Below are positions 10,170 through 19,362 of a stretch of 64,000 bases of DNA, in pieces (the first letter of the stretch is position 1; every line of letters starts with the position of its first letter). Made by a program: the position numbers and the translations under genes. The notes below the pieces were generated by a model. The model had not been told where the DNA came from, ran no database searches, and saw only the letters and a list, made by a program, of their open reading frames with translations. The stretch comes from Candidatus Eiseniibacteriota bacterium. Its GTDB lineage: Bacteria; Eisenbacteria; RBG-16-71-46. The stretch spans positions 1,408,001 to 1,472,000 of the forward strand of contig CAVSAC010000014.1 in the NCBI GenBank assembly GCA_963725865.1, given 5' to 3'.

Positions 10170-10192
10170 GGCATTCCTCGGGTGAGGGATCG

Positions 10193-10389
10193 ATTGGACT
10201 CGCTACAATAATGACCACGGTCCAAATATAGGCTAGGTCCATCTACGTTTGTCGAGTCGGATTGGTTGCACGGAACGCGCATTCCTCCAGGAACTGACGA
10301 CATTCCGTTGCCGCACAGCATGTTGTGGGGTCGTCAATTCTGACCCGAGTCCAATGATGGGCCCGGTCCAAAACTGGTCCAGGCCCATC
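10193..10389. promoter_or_regulatory. Lower-GC promoter region with repeated (G)GTCCA / TGAC-N-GTCCA motifs, candidate TetR operators
   Basis: Inverted pair ATTGGACTCG (10193-10202) and CGAGTCCAAT (10346-10355); TGACCACGGTCCA; TGACCCGAGTCCA; stem GATGGGCC...GGCCCATC (10356-10389). Confidence 0.45.
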
Positions 10390-10406
10390 GAGTCGTCGGC
10401 TCGGGC

Positions 10407-12755
10407 CTAGAAGTCGACCCGGAGCTGCGCGAGCCAGCCGCGCGTGGCGGCGGGGATCAGGTGCGGCACGAGCGCGCCGGCCGAGTCGTAGTCGAGGTAG
10501 CCGCCAGTGGCGTAGTGGACGTCGAGCGCGTTCATCACGCGCACCGACAGTTCCGTGCGCGCGGCGCCCGCCGGGAGGCGAAGTGCGCCGGTCAGGTCGA
10601 GCGTGGTGCGCGGGGCGGCGCTGACCGCGCGGGTCTCGGTGTTGTCGAGGTAGATGCGCCCGGCGTGATGGACCTCGGCGCCCCACGCGAGCCGCGTCCA
10701 CTCGAGGCGCGCGGCGAGGTTCGCCATCGTCGCCGGGAAGAAGCCGAGCGCCTTGCCGTCGTAGCTCACGACGTCGCTCGGCGTGGTGCCGTAGACTTCG
10801 CGGTACTCCACGAAGTGGTTGTCCGACAGCGTCGCGTTCGCATCGAGCGCCAGGCGCGCGCCGCGGGGGAGCGGCTGTTCCGTGCGCGCCGCCAGCTCCG
10901 CGCCCTGGTGCACCGAGCGCGCCGCGTTGCCCAGGATCGGGTAGCCGAGGTCGGTGTCGAACTGGCCCGCATAGACCAGCTCGTCACGGAAGTCCATCCG
11001 GAACAGGTTCACGCTCGCGTTCGCCGTCGCACCGCGCCACGCCGCGCCGACCTCCCAGTCCCGCACGTGCTCGGGCTTGATGAGCGGATCGCGATAGATG
11101 CCGCGCGCCACGTCGACCTCGCGGTAGAGCGGCAGGCTGCCGGCGCCTTCGGCGTCGTACAGGTCGCGGAACGCCGGCTCGCGCGAGGAATAGGCCCATG
11201 ACGCGAACGCCTGCAGGTCGGCGCGCGGCGACCACGAGAGTCCCAGGCGTGGGACGGCGAAGTCGTAGGGTTGATCGAACCGGATGCCGTCGAACCGGTC
11301 GCCGCGCATCGCGTACGACTGGTGTCGCCAGGCCAGGTCGGCGGTGACCAGCAGCCGCTCGCGGGCCTGCCATTCCTCGCGCGCGAAGAGCCCGGCCGCC
11401 AGCGTGCGCGGATGGTAGTCGTAGTACCGCGTGTCGAGCCCCGCGCCGGGCGGCAGCGGGGTGCCGCCGAGCACCTCGCCGAAGTGGTGCCCGTCGTGCG
11501 CGCGCAGCTCGCCGCCGATGGTGAGCGCGCCGCCGGCGTGCTCGATTCGCACCCGCGGCACCCAGCCGAAGTGGCGGTTCACGACCGTGCGCCGCCGCAC
11601 CAGGTCGAAGCGCTCCAGCGTCACGCGACCCTGCGCGTCGCGGATCAGCGCGCCGCCCGCGTCCTGGGCGTAGTAGTCGCGCGGCGCCAGCGTGCTGTCG
11701 TCGGTCGCCCACGGCGCGAGCCGGTAGTCGGCGAGCGCGCGGCCGAGCCGGCGCTCGTCGTAGTAGCCGCGTCCGTCGTACCAGAACAGCGTCTGAGCGA
11801 GCGCCATGCCGCGCCCCGGCGACCAGGCATGCACGATCTCGTAGTGCGGCTCGAAGAAGTGGTCGCGCTCGCCATCGTAGGTGAGCGGGTTGAAGCGCCG
11901 ATCGCGGTCGCGGTCGCCGGTGATGCGCCCGTCGAGGTAGGCATTCGGCACGCCGAGGTAGGCGAGGTGGGTCTCCTCGGGGCCGCCGTAGAGATTCACG
12001 CGCAGGGATTGCCGGCCCCAGGTGCGGCGCGCCGCCAGCGCGTACGACCACAGCTGCGAGTCCGAGCGCTCGCGATAGCCGTCGGTCTGGACGCGCGAGT
12101 AGCGCCCGTAGAGGTTCCAGCCGCCGGCCAGCCGCCCGGATTCCGTCTCGAGCATCAGTCGCCGGGTGCCCCAGGCGCCGCCCGCGACCAGCGCGCTGGT
12201 GCGCGGCGTCTCGCCGAGCGGGGCGGTCTCGAGGTTGACGCTGCCGCCGAGCGATGCGGCGCCGTACAGCGCCGAGCCCACGCCGCGCTGCATCTGCACC
12301 TCGCTGGTGGAGGCGAGCAGGTCGGGATGATCGATCCAGTAGACCTCGTGCGATTCGGGGTCGTTGAGCGGCACGCCATTCACGAGCACGCTGATGCGCC
12401 GCTGCGGGAACCCGCGGATGGAGAGGTAGGAGTACCCGATACCGTTGCCGGCGTCGGAGTACGCGTAGGCGCCCGGCAACGCCGCCAGCGCCATCGGGGT
12501 GTCCTGGCCCCAGTTCAGCCGCTGCGCGTCCGCGCGCGTCAGCACGCTGCGCGCGACCGGCGCGCGCTCGCCCGGGCGCGTGGTGCTCACCACCACCTCG
12601 GGCATCGGCACCACGCGCTCGAGCGTCTCGCGCACGGCCGGCGCGGCGAGCGCGCCGGCCGCCAACGGAGCCGCGATGGTCACCGCCGCCGCGGCGTCCC
12701 GGGTGCCGAGGACGAGCGCGGCGAGGAGCGAAAGGGCGACGAGGCGCGTGTTCAT
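10407..12755 (-). CDS. TonB-dependent receptor, probably for thiamine or a precursor
   Basis: Signal peptide, TonB-box-like EVVVS, plug motif YSYLSIRGFPQRRISVLVNGVPLND and terminal Phe (LRVDF). In an operon with a TPP riboswitch. Confidence 0.93.
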   Translation of the reverse strand: MNTRLVALSLLAALVLGTRDAAAAVTIAAPLAAGALAAPAVRETLERVVPMPEVVVSTTRPGERAPVARSVLTRADAQRLNWGQDTPMALAALPGAYAYSDAGNGIGYSYLSIRGFPQRRISVLVNGVPLNDPESHEVYWIDHPDLLASTSEVQMQRGVGSALYGAASLGGSVNLETAPLGETPRTSALVAGGAWGTRRLMLETESGRLAGGWNLYGRYSRVQTDGYRERSDSQLWSYALAARRTWGRQSLRVNLYGGPEETHLAYLGVPNAYLDGRITGDRDRDRRFNPLTYDGERDHFFEPHYEIVHAWSPGRGMALAQTLFWYDGRGYYDERRLGRALADYRLAPWATDDSTLAPRDYYAQDAGGALIRDAQGRVTLERFDLVRRRTVVNRHFGWVPRVRIEHAGGALTIGGELRAHDGHHFGEVLGGTPLPPGAGLDTRYYDYHPRTLAAGLFAREEWQARERLLVTADLAWRHQSYAMRGDRFDGIRFDQPYDFAVPRLGLSWSPRADLQAFASWAYSSREPAFRDLYDAEGAGSLPLYREVDVARGIYRDPLIKPEHVRDWEVGAAWRGATANASVNLFRMDFRDELVYAGQFDTDLGYPILGNAARSVHQGAELAARTEQPLPRGARLALDANATLSDNHFVEYREVYGTTPSDVVSYDGKALGFFPATMANLAARLEWTRLAWGAEVHHAGRIYLDNTETRAVSAAPRTTLDLTGALRLPAGAARTELSVRVMNALDVHYATGGYLDYDSAGALVPHLIPAATRGWLAQLRVDF

Positions 12756-14146
12756 GAGGTCCTCCTGCGCGAGACGAGCCAGCCGGCGGCGTAGATCGCG
12801 AACGACGCCGCGAGCCCGGCATAGATGGGTTCGAGTGAGAGCGGATAGCCGGCCGCGGGCTGGATGGTCTTCGCGATCACCCACGCGGTCGTGAGCGCGA
12901 ACGGCACCACCATCGCGACCACGGTCCAGCGCCCGTTCAGCATCCCGCGCCCGGCCAGCGCGAGCCCGACCGGCAGCAGCAGCACCGGCGTGGTGATGGA
13001 GCCCAGGTCGTGCCACAGCGCGACCACGCTCGGGCGCGCGAGCGCCAGCGCGGTCGCGAACGCCGCGGCGATCCACAGGCCGAGCTTGCTGTGGTCCACC
13101 AGGCCCGCCTCGTCGCGCGCGCCGCGCAGCCGCCACCACACGTCGCGGCCGAGCGTGGTGGCCGCGATGAAGCCGTACGAGTCCACCGTGCTCATCACGG
13201 TCGCGATCATGGCGAGGTAGAACAGACCGAGCGCGAGCGGCGGCAGCGTCACGCGCGCCAGCTCCGGGAACGCGAACACCGGATCGTGCAGCGCCGGCAG
13301 CACGGCGCGCGCGTAGAGCCCGGTGAACGTGGTCAGGAAGTCGAACACCACCCAGCAGGCCACCGACCACAGCACGCCGTTGCGCGCGACGCGCTCGTCG
13401 CGCGCCGCGTACGCGCGCTGCCAGAACCCCGGGTCGACCAGCGTCGAGAGCGCAATGAAGTACCAGACGAAGATCGCCTGGGGTGGATTGCCGCCGTGCC
13501 ACACGAAGTGCGTCGACGGCAGGTGCGCGTGCAGGAAGCCCAGTCCGCCGTGCCGCGCGACCAGGAACGCGAGCATCACGACGAAGCCCGCGTACATGAG
13601 CACGAACTGCACCTGGTCGGTGAACACCACGGTGCGCAATCCGCCATGGTGGATGTAGAAGATCGACAGCAGCGCCGCGCCGATCACGCAGGGCACGAGC
13701 GGCCAGCCCGTCATCGCCGCGAACAATGTGCCCAGCATCAGCACGTAGGCCGCCGGGGCCGACGTCACGAACACCGCGAGCGCTCCGACCAGCGCCGGCC
13801 CGCGGCCGCAGCGGCGCTCGAGCAGGTCGGGGATGGTGTACAGCGCCTGCCGGCGCGCGCGCTTCGCGAACAGGAACGCGAACAGCAGCGCGCCGACGTA
13901 GTACGGCACGCCGAACACCAGCCAGTTCGCGAGCCCGTAGCGGTAGGCGTACTCGCCGACGCCCAGGATGCCGCCGTACCACGTGGCGACCAGGGTCGCC
14001 ACGAACGCGGGGAGCGTCACGCGGCGGCCCGCGACGAGATAGTCGAGCACCGGCGGCGTGTGGCCGACGCGCCGCGCCCAGACGACCGCGAGGAAGCCCA
14101 GATAGAGGACGACCAGTCCCCAGTCCAGGGGACTCGTGCTGAACAT
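12752..14146 (-). CDS. Sodium:solute symporter family protein (probable thiamine/precursor transporter)
   Basis: DYLVAGR, ATWYGG, GGLRTVVFTDQVQF, WQRAYAA and MSTVDS motifs. ATG at 14146. Confidence 0.92.
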   Translation of the reverse strand: MFSTSPLDWGLVVLYLGFLAVVWARRVGHTPPVLDYLVAGRRVTLPAFVATLVATWYGGILGVGEYAYRYGLANWLVFGVPYYVGALLFAFLFAKRARRQALYTIPDLLERRCGRGPALVGALAVFVTSAPAAYVLMLGTLFAAMTGWPLVPCVIGAALLSIFYIHHGGLRTVVFTDQVQFVLMYAGFVVMLAFLVARHGGLGFLHAHLPSTHFVWHGGNPPQAIFVWYFIALSTLVDPGFWQRAYAARDERVARNGVLWSVACWVVFDFLTTFTGLYARAVLPALHDPVFAFPELARVTLPPLALGLFYLAMIATVMSTVDSYGFIAATTLGRDVWWRLRGARDEAGLVDHSKLGLWIAAAFATALALARPSVVALWHDLGSITTPVLLLPVGLALAGRGMLNGRWTVVAMVVPFALTTAWVIAKTIQPAAGYPLSLEPIYAGLAASFAIYAAGWLVSRRRTS

Positions 14147-14253
14147 GTGCGATCCCTGCGGGGGTCGCGCGCGACCGGCGCTGGACCGGAGACGCGCAGC
14201 GCCCTCCGCGAAGGGACGGCATGAAGGCAAGCGGAGAGCGCGTTTGTCTTCGC

Positions 14254-14339
14254 CGTTTCCCTACGCTGGTATGACCCAGTTCAGGTTCAGAGGGTGTGCT
14301 CTCAGGCCGGCGTTTTTCTGCTGCCGACCACCCCTAACG
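14254..14339 (-). ncRNA. TPP (THI-box) riboswitch
   Basis: The minus strand reads CGTTAGGGGTG...GCCTGAGAGCACACCCTCTGAACCTGAACTGGGTCATACCAGCGTAGGGAAACG, showing the CTGAGA, ACCTGA and AGCGTAGGGA hallmarks with P1 CGTT/AACG. Confidence 0.95.
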
Positions 14340-14421
14340 ACGCGCCCGCGATGCGGGCACGCGCAGGATGCATCCGGGCGGGGGTGAACGCAAGGCGGCG
14401 GGTCACAGGCGAGGCGCGGGG

Positions 14422-15873
14422 CTACTGCCCCATGGTCACCGTGACCGGGCCGAAGCCCTCGATCGCGCGCGCGCCGCGCACCATGCGCTCGAACGCGGGG
14501 CGGCTGTCGATGCCGCCATGCCGCGCGCGCACGCCGAACCAACGCCGGCCCACGGTGAGGCTGTCCCACGCGGCGACGGTGACGCGTGCGGAATCGGGCA
14601 CGAACAGCGCGCCCTCGTAGTAGGGCATGTGGGGCGTGGGCAGGACGAGGATCTGCCGGCCGAGCGAAGGCGCGTGATGGCGGAAGAAGAACCACGCGTG
14701 GCCGTCGGCGAACGCGACCACGTCGCCGGCCTGCACGCGCGGGCGCAGCCACTGCTCCGCCCGCGCGAGTTCGACCGCCTCGATGTTCGGCAGGTGCGTC
14801 GCCAGCGTGCGCACGGCGACGAGGAGCAGCGCGGCGCCGAGACCCCGGCGGAGCCAGACCCACCGGGCTCCGAGCGCGGCCAGCCCCGCGCTCGCCAGCG
14901 CGCACCACCCCGGGAGCACGAACATCATGTAGCGGTCGGTGTACACGTGGGCCCCGCGCGCGGCGAGCACGTACGCGAGCATCATCGGCACCAGCGACGC
15001 CATCCACACCAGCGCGGCCGCGCGGCGATGGCCGGGGAGCACCAGCGGCAGCAGCGCGAGCCCGGCCATCAGCGGCACCGCGAGCACCACGCCGAACGAG
15101 TAGATCCGCAGCACGTCGAGGAACATCGCGGGCGAGACCGGGCTCACCCAGTACTCGGCGCTCAGCCGGTGCCACTGGCTGAGGAACGTGCCGAGCTGCG
15201 GCAGGAACAGCAGGACCACCGCCGCGTTCAGCGCGAGCCAGCCGCCCAGCTTCCGCGGCGTGCGCGCGAGCGCCGCCGCGCCCCAGACGCCCAGGCCGGC
15301 GAGCACCAGGCCGGCCTGGTAGTGCGTGTACAGCGCGGCCGCCGCCGTCAGCACGAACAGCGCCGCGTCGCGCGGACGCCCGCGCTCGGTCCAGCGCCAC
15401 GCCATCCACGCGGCCAGCACGTACCACAGCCACAGCAGCGCGTAGGAACGCGCCTCCTGCGAGTAGTAGACGTGCGTGCGATGCACCGCCAGCAGCAGCG
15501 CGGCGAACAGCCCGGCGCCCCTGCCGAACGCCTCGGCCACGAGGCCGTACAGCGCCGCCACCGTCGCCACTCCAATGAGGATCGAGAGGCTCTTCAGCCA
15601 CAGCTCGCCCTCGCCGCCGAAGCGGATCCACAGGTGCTCGAGCAGGTAGTGCAGCGGGGGGTGCATGTCGTTCGCGAGCGCCGCCAGCAGTCCGCTCACG
15701 TCGAGGCGCGCCACCATCAGCGTGAAGATCTCGTCGAACCACAGCGGCGTGCGCACCGCCTCCCACACCCGCAGGCCGGTGGCGAGCGCCAGCACGGCGG
15801 CGAGCGCCAGCCACGGCGGCAACTGCGCGGATCCCGGGCGCGTCGCGTTCTGGGGAGGTGGAGCGGGCATCAT
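14422..15873 (-). CDS. Glycosyltransferase family 39 (PMT/ArnT-like GT-C) membrane protein
   Basis: LWFDE, HPPLHYLL, YSQEARSY and LYTHY motifs; many TM helices. Confidence 0.88.
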   Translation of the reverse strand: MMPAPPPQNATRPGSAQLPPWLALAAVLALATGLRVWEAVRTPLWFDEIFTLMVARLDVSGLLAALANDMHPPLHYLLEHLWIRFGGEGELWLKSLSILIGVATVAALYGLVAEAFGRGAGLFAALLLAVHRTHVYYSQEARSYALLWLWYVLAAWMAWRWTERGRPRDAALFVLTAAAALYTHYQAGLVLAGLGVWGAAALARTPRKLGGWLALNAAVVLLFLPQLGTFLSQWHRLSAEYWVSPVSPAMFLDVLRIYSFGVVLAVPLMAGLALLPLVLPGHRRAAALVWMASLVPMMLAYVLAARGAHVYTDRYMMFVLPGWCALASAGLAALGARWVWLRRGLGAALLLVAVRTLATHLPNIEAVELARAEQWLRPRVQAGDVVAFADGHAWFFFRHHAPSLGRQILVLPTPHMPYYEGALFVPDSARVTVAAWDSLTVGRRWFGVRARHGGIDSRPAFERMVRGARAIEGFGPVTVTMGQ

Positions 15874-16065
15874 CGAATGGCCTCGGGGTGGACGACGGGT
15901 CGCCGCGCATCCTAGCGCGGCGGCCGGGGTGCCCGCGAGGGTACGGTGCTCGGATCGACCCCGCTCGGCGCTCGGCGCGATCGCCCACGCGCGGCGCTCG
16001 GGTCGACCACGCGCCGCCGCCGCCCGCCGTGACGAGGGGTGCGGGCCGGGTTAGTCTCGCCCGCC

Positions 16066-17793
16066 ATGGCCCGCCTCTACCCGGAGAGTTTCCCCGTCGA
16101 ACTGAAGACCGAGCGCTCCGGTGCCGCCGAGTACGCGGTCTACGAGGCGCTCGCCGACGAGCTCGGCGAAGGCTGGCTGGTCATCCACCGCGTGCGCTGG
16201 CAGGAACGTCCCGAGCACGGGCGCGCGCACGACGGCGAGACCGATTTCGTGATCGCCCATCCCGACCGGGGCATGCTGGTGCTGGAGGTCAAGGGCGGGC
16301 TGGTCGCCTGCGACCCGAAGAGCGGCCGCTGGACCTCCACCGACCAGCACGGCGCGACGTTCGAGATCCGCGACCCGTTCGAGCAGGCGACCAGCTCCAG
16401 TCACGCGCTCGAGCGCAAGATCAAGTCGATGCCGTTCTGGCGCGGCAAGGAGGCGCCCATCGGCCACGCGGTGGCGCTGCCCGGCTGCACGAAGACCGCG
16501 TTCACCGGGCCCGCCGCCCCGCCCGAGCTGGTGCTCGACGCCGCCGACCTGAACCGCGCGGGCGAGGCGATCGAGCGCGCGTTCACGTTCTGGAACCTGC
16601 GCCCGGGCGAGGACTGGCGGCATCACGGCAGCGCGCTGCTCGAGCGGCTGTTCGTGCACAAGGAGTTCGCGCGCGTGCCGCTCGGCGTGCGGATGATCCA
16701 GCAGGAGCCGGAGTTCATCCGGCTCACCGAGGCGCAGGCGCGGCTGCTCGACGCGCTGCGGCTGCAGCGGCGCGCCGCGATCGCCGGGTGCGCCGGCTCG
16801 GGCAAGACCATGCTCGCGGTCGAGAAGGCGCGCCGGCTCTCGAGCGAGGGCTTCAAGGTGCTGGTGACGTGCTTCAACCGCGCGCTGGCGGAGTTCATCC
16901 GCCACCAGCTGCCGGCCACCGTGCCGAGCGGGCGCGCCGGAGTGTCGCGCGGCGCCGGGCAGCTCGACATCTTCGGCGGCACGCGCGTGGACGTGGAGTC
17001 GTTCCACGCGCTCGCCGCGTCGTGGGCACGCCGCGCAAGCGTCGAGTTGCCCGAGGCCGGAGCCGGCGAGGACGCGCGGCGCTTCTTCGACGAGGCGCTG
17101 CCCGAGGCGCTGATGACGGCGCTCGACCGGCTGCCCGAGCGCTACGACGCGGTGATCGTCGACGAGGGCCAGGACTTCCGGCCCGAGTGGTGGGTGCCGC
17201 TGCAGAGCCTGCTGGCCGAGCCCGACGACGGCATCCTCTACGTGTTTTTCGACGACAATCAGAGCCTCTACACCAGCGGCGCGCGCCTGCCCATCACCAC
17301 GCCGCCGTATCCGCTCACCGTCAACTGCCGGAACACGCGGCCGATCCACGAGTACGTCGCGCGCTTCTACCGCGGCGAGCAGAAGCCCGAGGCGGGCGGC
17401 CCCGACGGCCTGCCGGTCGAGCGGCTCACGTACGAGGACGAGCGCGAGCTGCGCGAGCACCTGCGCCGCGTGCTGCATCGGCTCACGCGCGACGAAGGGG
17501 TGCCCGAGAAGGACATCGTCGTGCTGTCGCCGTTCGGCCGCAGCCGCAGCGCGCTGTGGCGCGAGCCGCGCTACGGCAACCTGGCACTCACCGACGCGTG
17601 GCCGCCGGCGCCCGGCTACGTGCAGTGCGAGACCGTGCACGCGTTCAAGGGGCTCGAGCGCGCGGTGGTGGTGCTGGCCGAGCTCGGCGGCGACGGTCAC
17701 GGCCGCCTCGAGGAGATGCTCTACGTCGGCGGCTCGCGCGCGAAGAGCCACCTGATCGTGATCGCCGCCGCGGACGCCGCCGCGGCGCGGTGA
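16066..17793 (+). CDS. NERD nuclease domain fused to an SF1 (UvrD-like) helicase
   Basis: ETDFVIAHP...LVLEVKGG (PD-(D/E)xK), Walker A GCAGSGKT, Walker B IVDEGQD, NCRNT, FKGLE and YVGGSRAK. Confidence 0.9.
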   Translation: MARLYPESFPVELKTERSGAAEYAVYEALADELGEGWLVIHRVRWQERPEHGRAHDGETDFVIAHPDRGMLVLEVKGGLVACDPKSGRWTSTDQHGATFEIRDPFEQATSSSHALERKIKSMPFWRGKEAPIGHAVALPGCTKTAFTGPAAPPELVLDAADLNRAGEAIERAFTFWNLRPGEDWRHHGSALLERLFVHKEFARVPLGVRMIQQEPEFIRLTEAQARLLDALRLQRRAAIAGCAGSGKTMLAVEKARRLSSEGFKVLVTCFNRALAEFIRHQLPATVPSGRAGVSRGAGQLDIFGGTRVDVESFHALAASWARRASVELPEAGAGEDARRFFDEALPEALMTALDRLPERYDAVIVDEGQDFRPEWWVPLQSLLAEPDDGILYVFFDDNQSLYTSGARLPITTPPYPLTVNCRNTRPIHEYVARFYRGEQKPEAGGPDGLPVERLTYEDERELREHLRRVLHRLTRDEGVPEKDIVVLSPFGRSRSALWREPRYGNLALTDAWPPAPGYVQCETVHAFKGLERAVVVLAELGGDGHGRLEEMLYVGGSRAKSHLIVIAAADAAAAR

Positions 17794-17831
17794 GGCCTCG
17801 GGTGCGCGGCCGCGGGCCGCCAACCGCTCTG

Positions 17832-18065
17832 CTACCGCGCCTCGCGCTCCACGCGCATCATCTGGCCCATCACGAAGCGCACGCGCACGCGGTCGCCGGC
17901 GGCGAGGTCGACGGGGCACTCGGCGGCCGCGACGCGCCCGGCCTGGCCCGCGCCCGGCAGGTCGTCCAGCTCCACGGCGACGTCCACCCAGCGGTCCCCG
18001 TGGATGTCCAGCGGCCTCACGGCACGCACCACGCCCGACTTGTCCTGCGGCAGGAGGAGCGACAT
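17832..18065 (-). CDS. Small hypothetical protein (possible OB-like beta fold), 77 aa
   Basis: MSLLLPQDKSGVVRAV...LAAGDRVRVRFVMG with host-like codon usage. Confidence 0.6.
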   Translation of the reverse strand: MSLLLPQDKSGVVRAVRPLDIHGDRWVDVAVELDDLPGAGQAGRVAAAECPVDLAAGDRVRVRFVMGQMMRVEREAR

Positions 18066-18087
18066 GCGCCGCACAGTGGCGGCGCGA

Positions 18088-18197
18088 CGCGCGGGCGTCA
18101 AGGGTCGCGGGACTTCGCGGCGCCGCCGCGGGCCCTCGCCGCGCGGGCGTCAAGGGTCGCGGGACTTCGCAGCGCCGCCGCGGACCCTCGCCGCGCG
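18088..18197. repeat. 52-bp tandem duplication (2 copies), each copy hairpin-forming
   Basis: CGCGCGGGCGTCAAGGGTCGCGGGACTTCGC(G/A)GCGCCGCCGCGG(G/A)CCCTCGC at 18088 and 18140, with 2 mismatches. Confidence 0.9.
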
Positions 18198-18275
18198 TCC
18201 GGCGCGCTCGCGGCCGCGCGTAGCGGACCGCGGCCGCCTCGCGTCGGGCCGAGCGCTGCCGTATCCTGCGCCGTC

Positions 18276-19109
18276 ATGCGCAAGACGTCCGGTTCGATGC
18301 TGTGTCCGCAGTGCTCCAAGCTGATCAGCGTGGGCGAGGAGAAGTGCCCGTTCTGCGGCGCGTGGCGGCCGGGGCTCTACGGCTTCACGCCGGCGCTCCA
18401 GAAGCTGTTCGGCAAGCACCTCGACATGATCTCGCTCATCAGCGCCACCTGCGTGACGCTCTACGTCGTCGCGCTGGCGCTGCAGCCGTCGGCGATCTTC
18501 CAGTGGCGAGGACTCTGGGACATCCTCGCGCCCGGCACGCGCCCGCTGTGGCAGCTCGGCATGACGGGCGGGCTCGCGTGGCAGCAGCACTGGTGGTGGA
18601 CGCTGCTCACGGCGATCTACCTGCACGGGAGCCTGATCCACATCGTCTTCAACGTGATGTGGATCCGCCAGCTCGGGCCGGCCGTCACCGAGTGTTACGG
18701 GCCGGCGCGCGCGTTCGTGATCTTCTCGCTGGCCGGCGCGGCGGGCTACCTGCTCTCGAACTTCGCCGCGGGCACGCCGACGATCGGCGCCTCCGGCAGC
18801 ATCTTCGGCCTGCTCGCGGCGCTGATCGTGTACGGCCGGCGCGCCGGCGCGCGGTTGATGACCGGCCAGATGTGGCAGTGGGCGATCGTGATGTTCGTGT
18901 TCGGCTTCCTGTCGCCGGCGGTGAACAACTGGGCGCACGCGGGCGGCTTCGCGGGCGGCTGGGTGATCGCCGAGAGCATGCGCGCCGCGGATGCGCGCGA
19001 GGGGCGCGGCGTGCAGCTGCTGGCGCTGGCGCTGCTGATCGCGACCGCGGCCGGCTTCGTGCTGTCGTTCGTCCAGGTCACTCGCATCCTCATCGACTTC
19101 TCCCGTTGA
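18276..19109 (+). CDS. Rhomboid family intramembrane serine protease with N-terminal zinc ribbon
   Basis: CPQC...CPFC, YLHGSLIHIVFN, catalytic GASG and NNWAHAGG. Confidence 0.92.
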   Translation: MRKTSGSMLCPQCSKLISVGEEKCPFCGAWRPGLYGFTPALQKLFGKHLDMISLISATCVTLYVVALALQPSAIFQWRGLWDILAPGTRPLWQLGMTGGLAWQQHWWWTLLTAIYLHGSLIHIVFNVMWIRQLGPAVTECYGPARAFVIFSLAGAAGYLLSNFAAGTPTIGASGSIFGLLAALIVYGRRAGARLMTGQMWQWAIVMFVFGFLSPAVNNWAHAGGFAGGWVIAESMRAADAREGRGVQLLALALLIATAAGFVLSFVQVTRILIDFSR

Positions 19110-19362
19110 GCCGCCGTCCGTGCCCGCCGCACGGCGGCGTCACCCCGCATCGCATCCTGCACGGTGCAACCGGCTGCGAGTCCCTACGCCAGAAATCCAT
19201 GGCCAGAGGACCACGGGGGCCGATATACTCGGCGCCCGTCGGTCCTTTCCGGGCCGACCATGGAAGGGCTTCGGGCGGGTACGACTCGCACCGAGGTCCA
19301 TGTCCCGAACGCGATCCCGAAGGGCCGGGTGGCTCCGCGGGGTTGCAGAGAGGAGCCAGGCC

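Noticed and set aside
18088..18197. Possible mini CRISPR array
   Set aside because: The repeats are directly adjacent with no unique spacers, and no cas genes are present in the window.
18276..19109. Rhomboid (or the CPBP protease at 23856) as the sorting enzyme for the [ST]WG tail
   Set aside because: The tail has no transmembrane helix for an intramembrane protease to cut, and the genes are not adjacent to the tail-bearing genes. There is no direct support.
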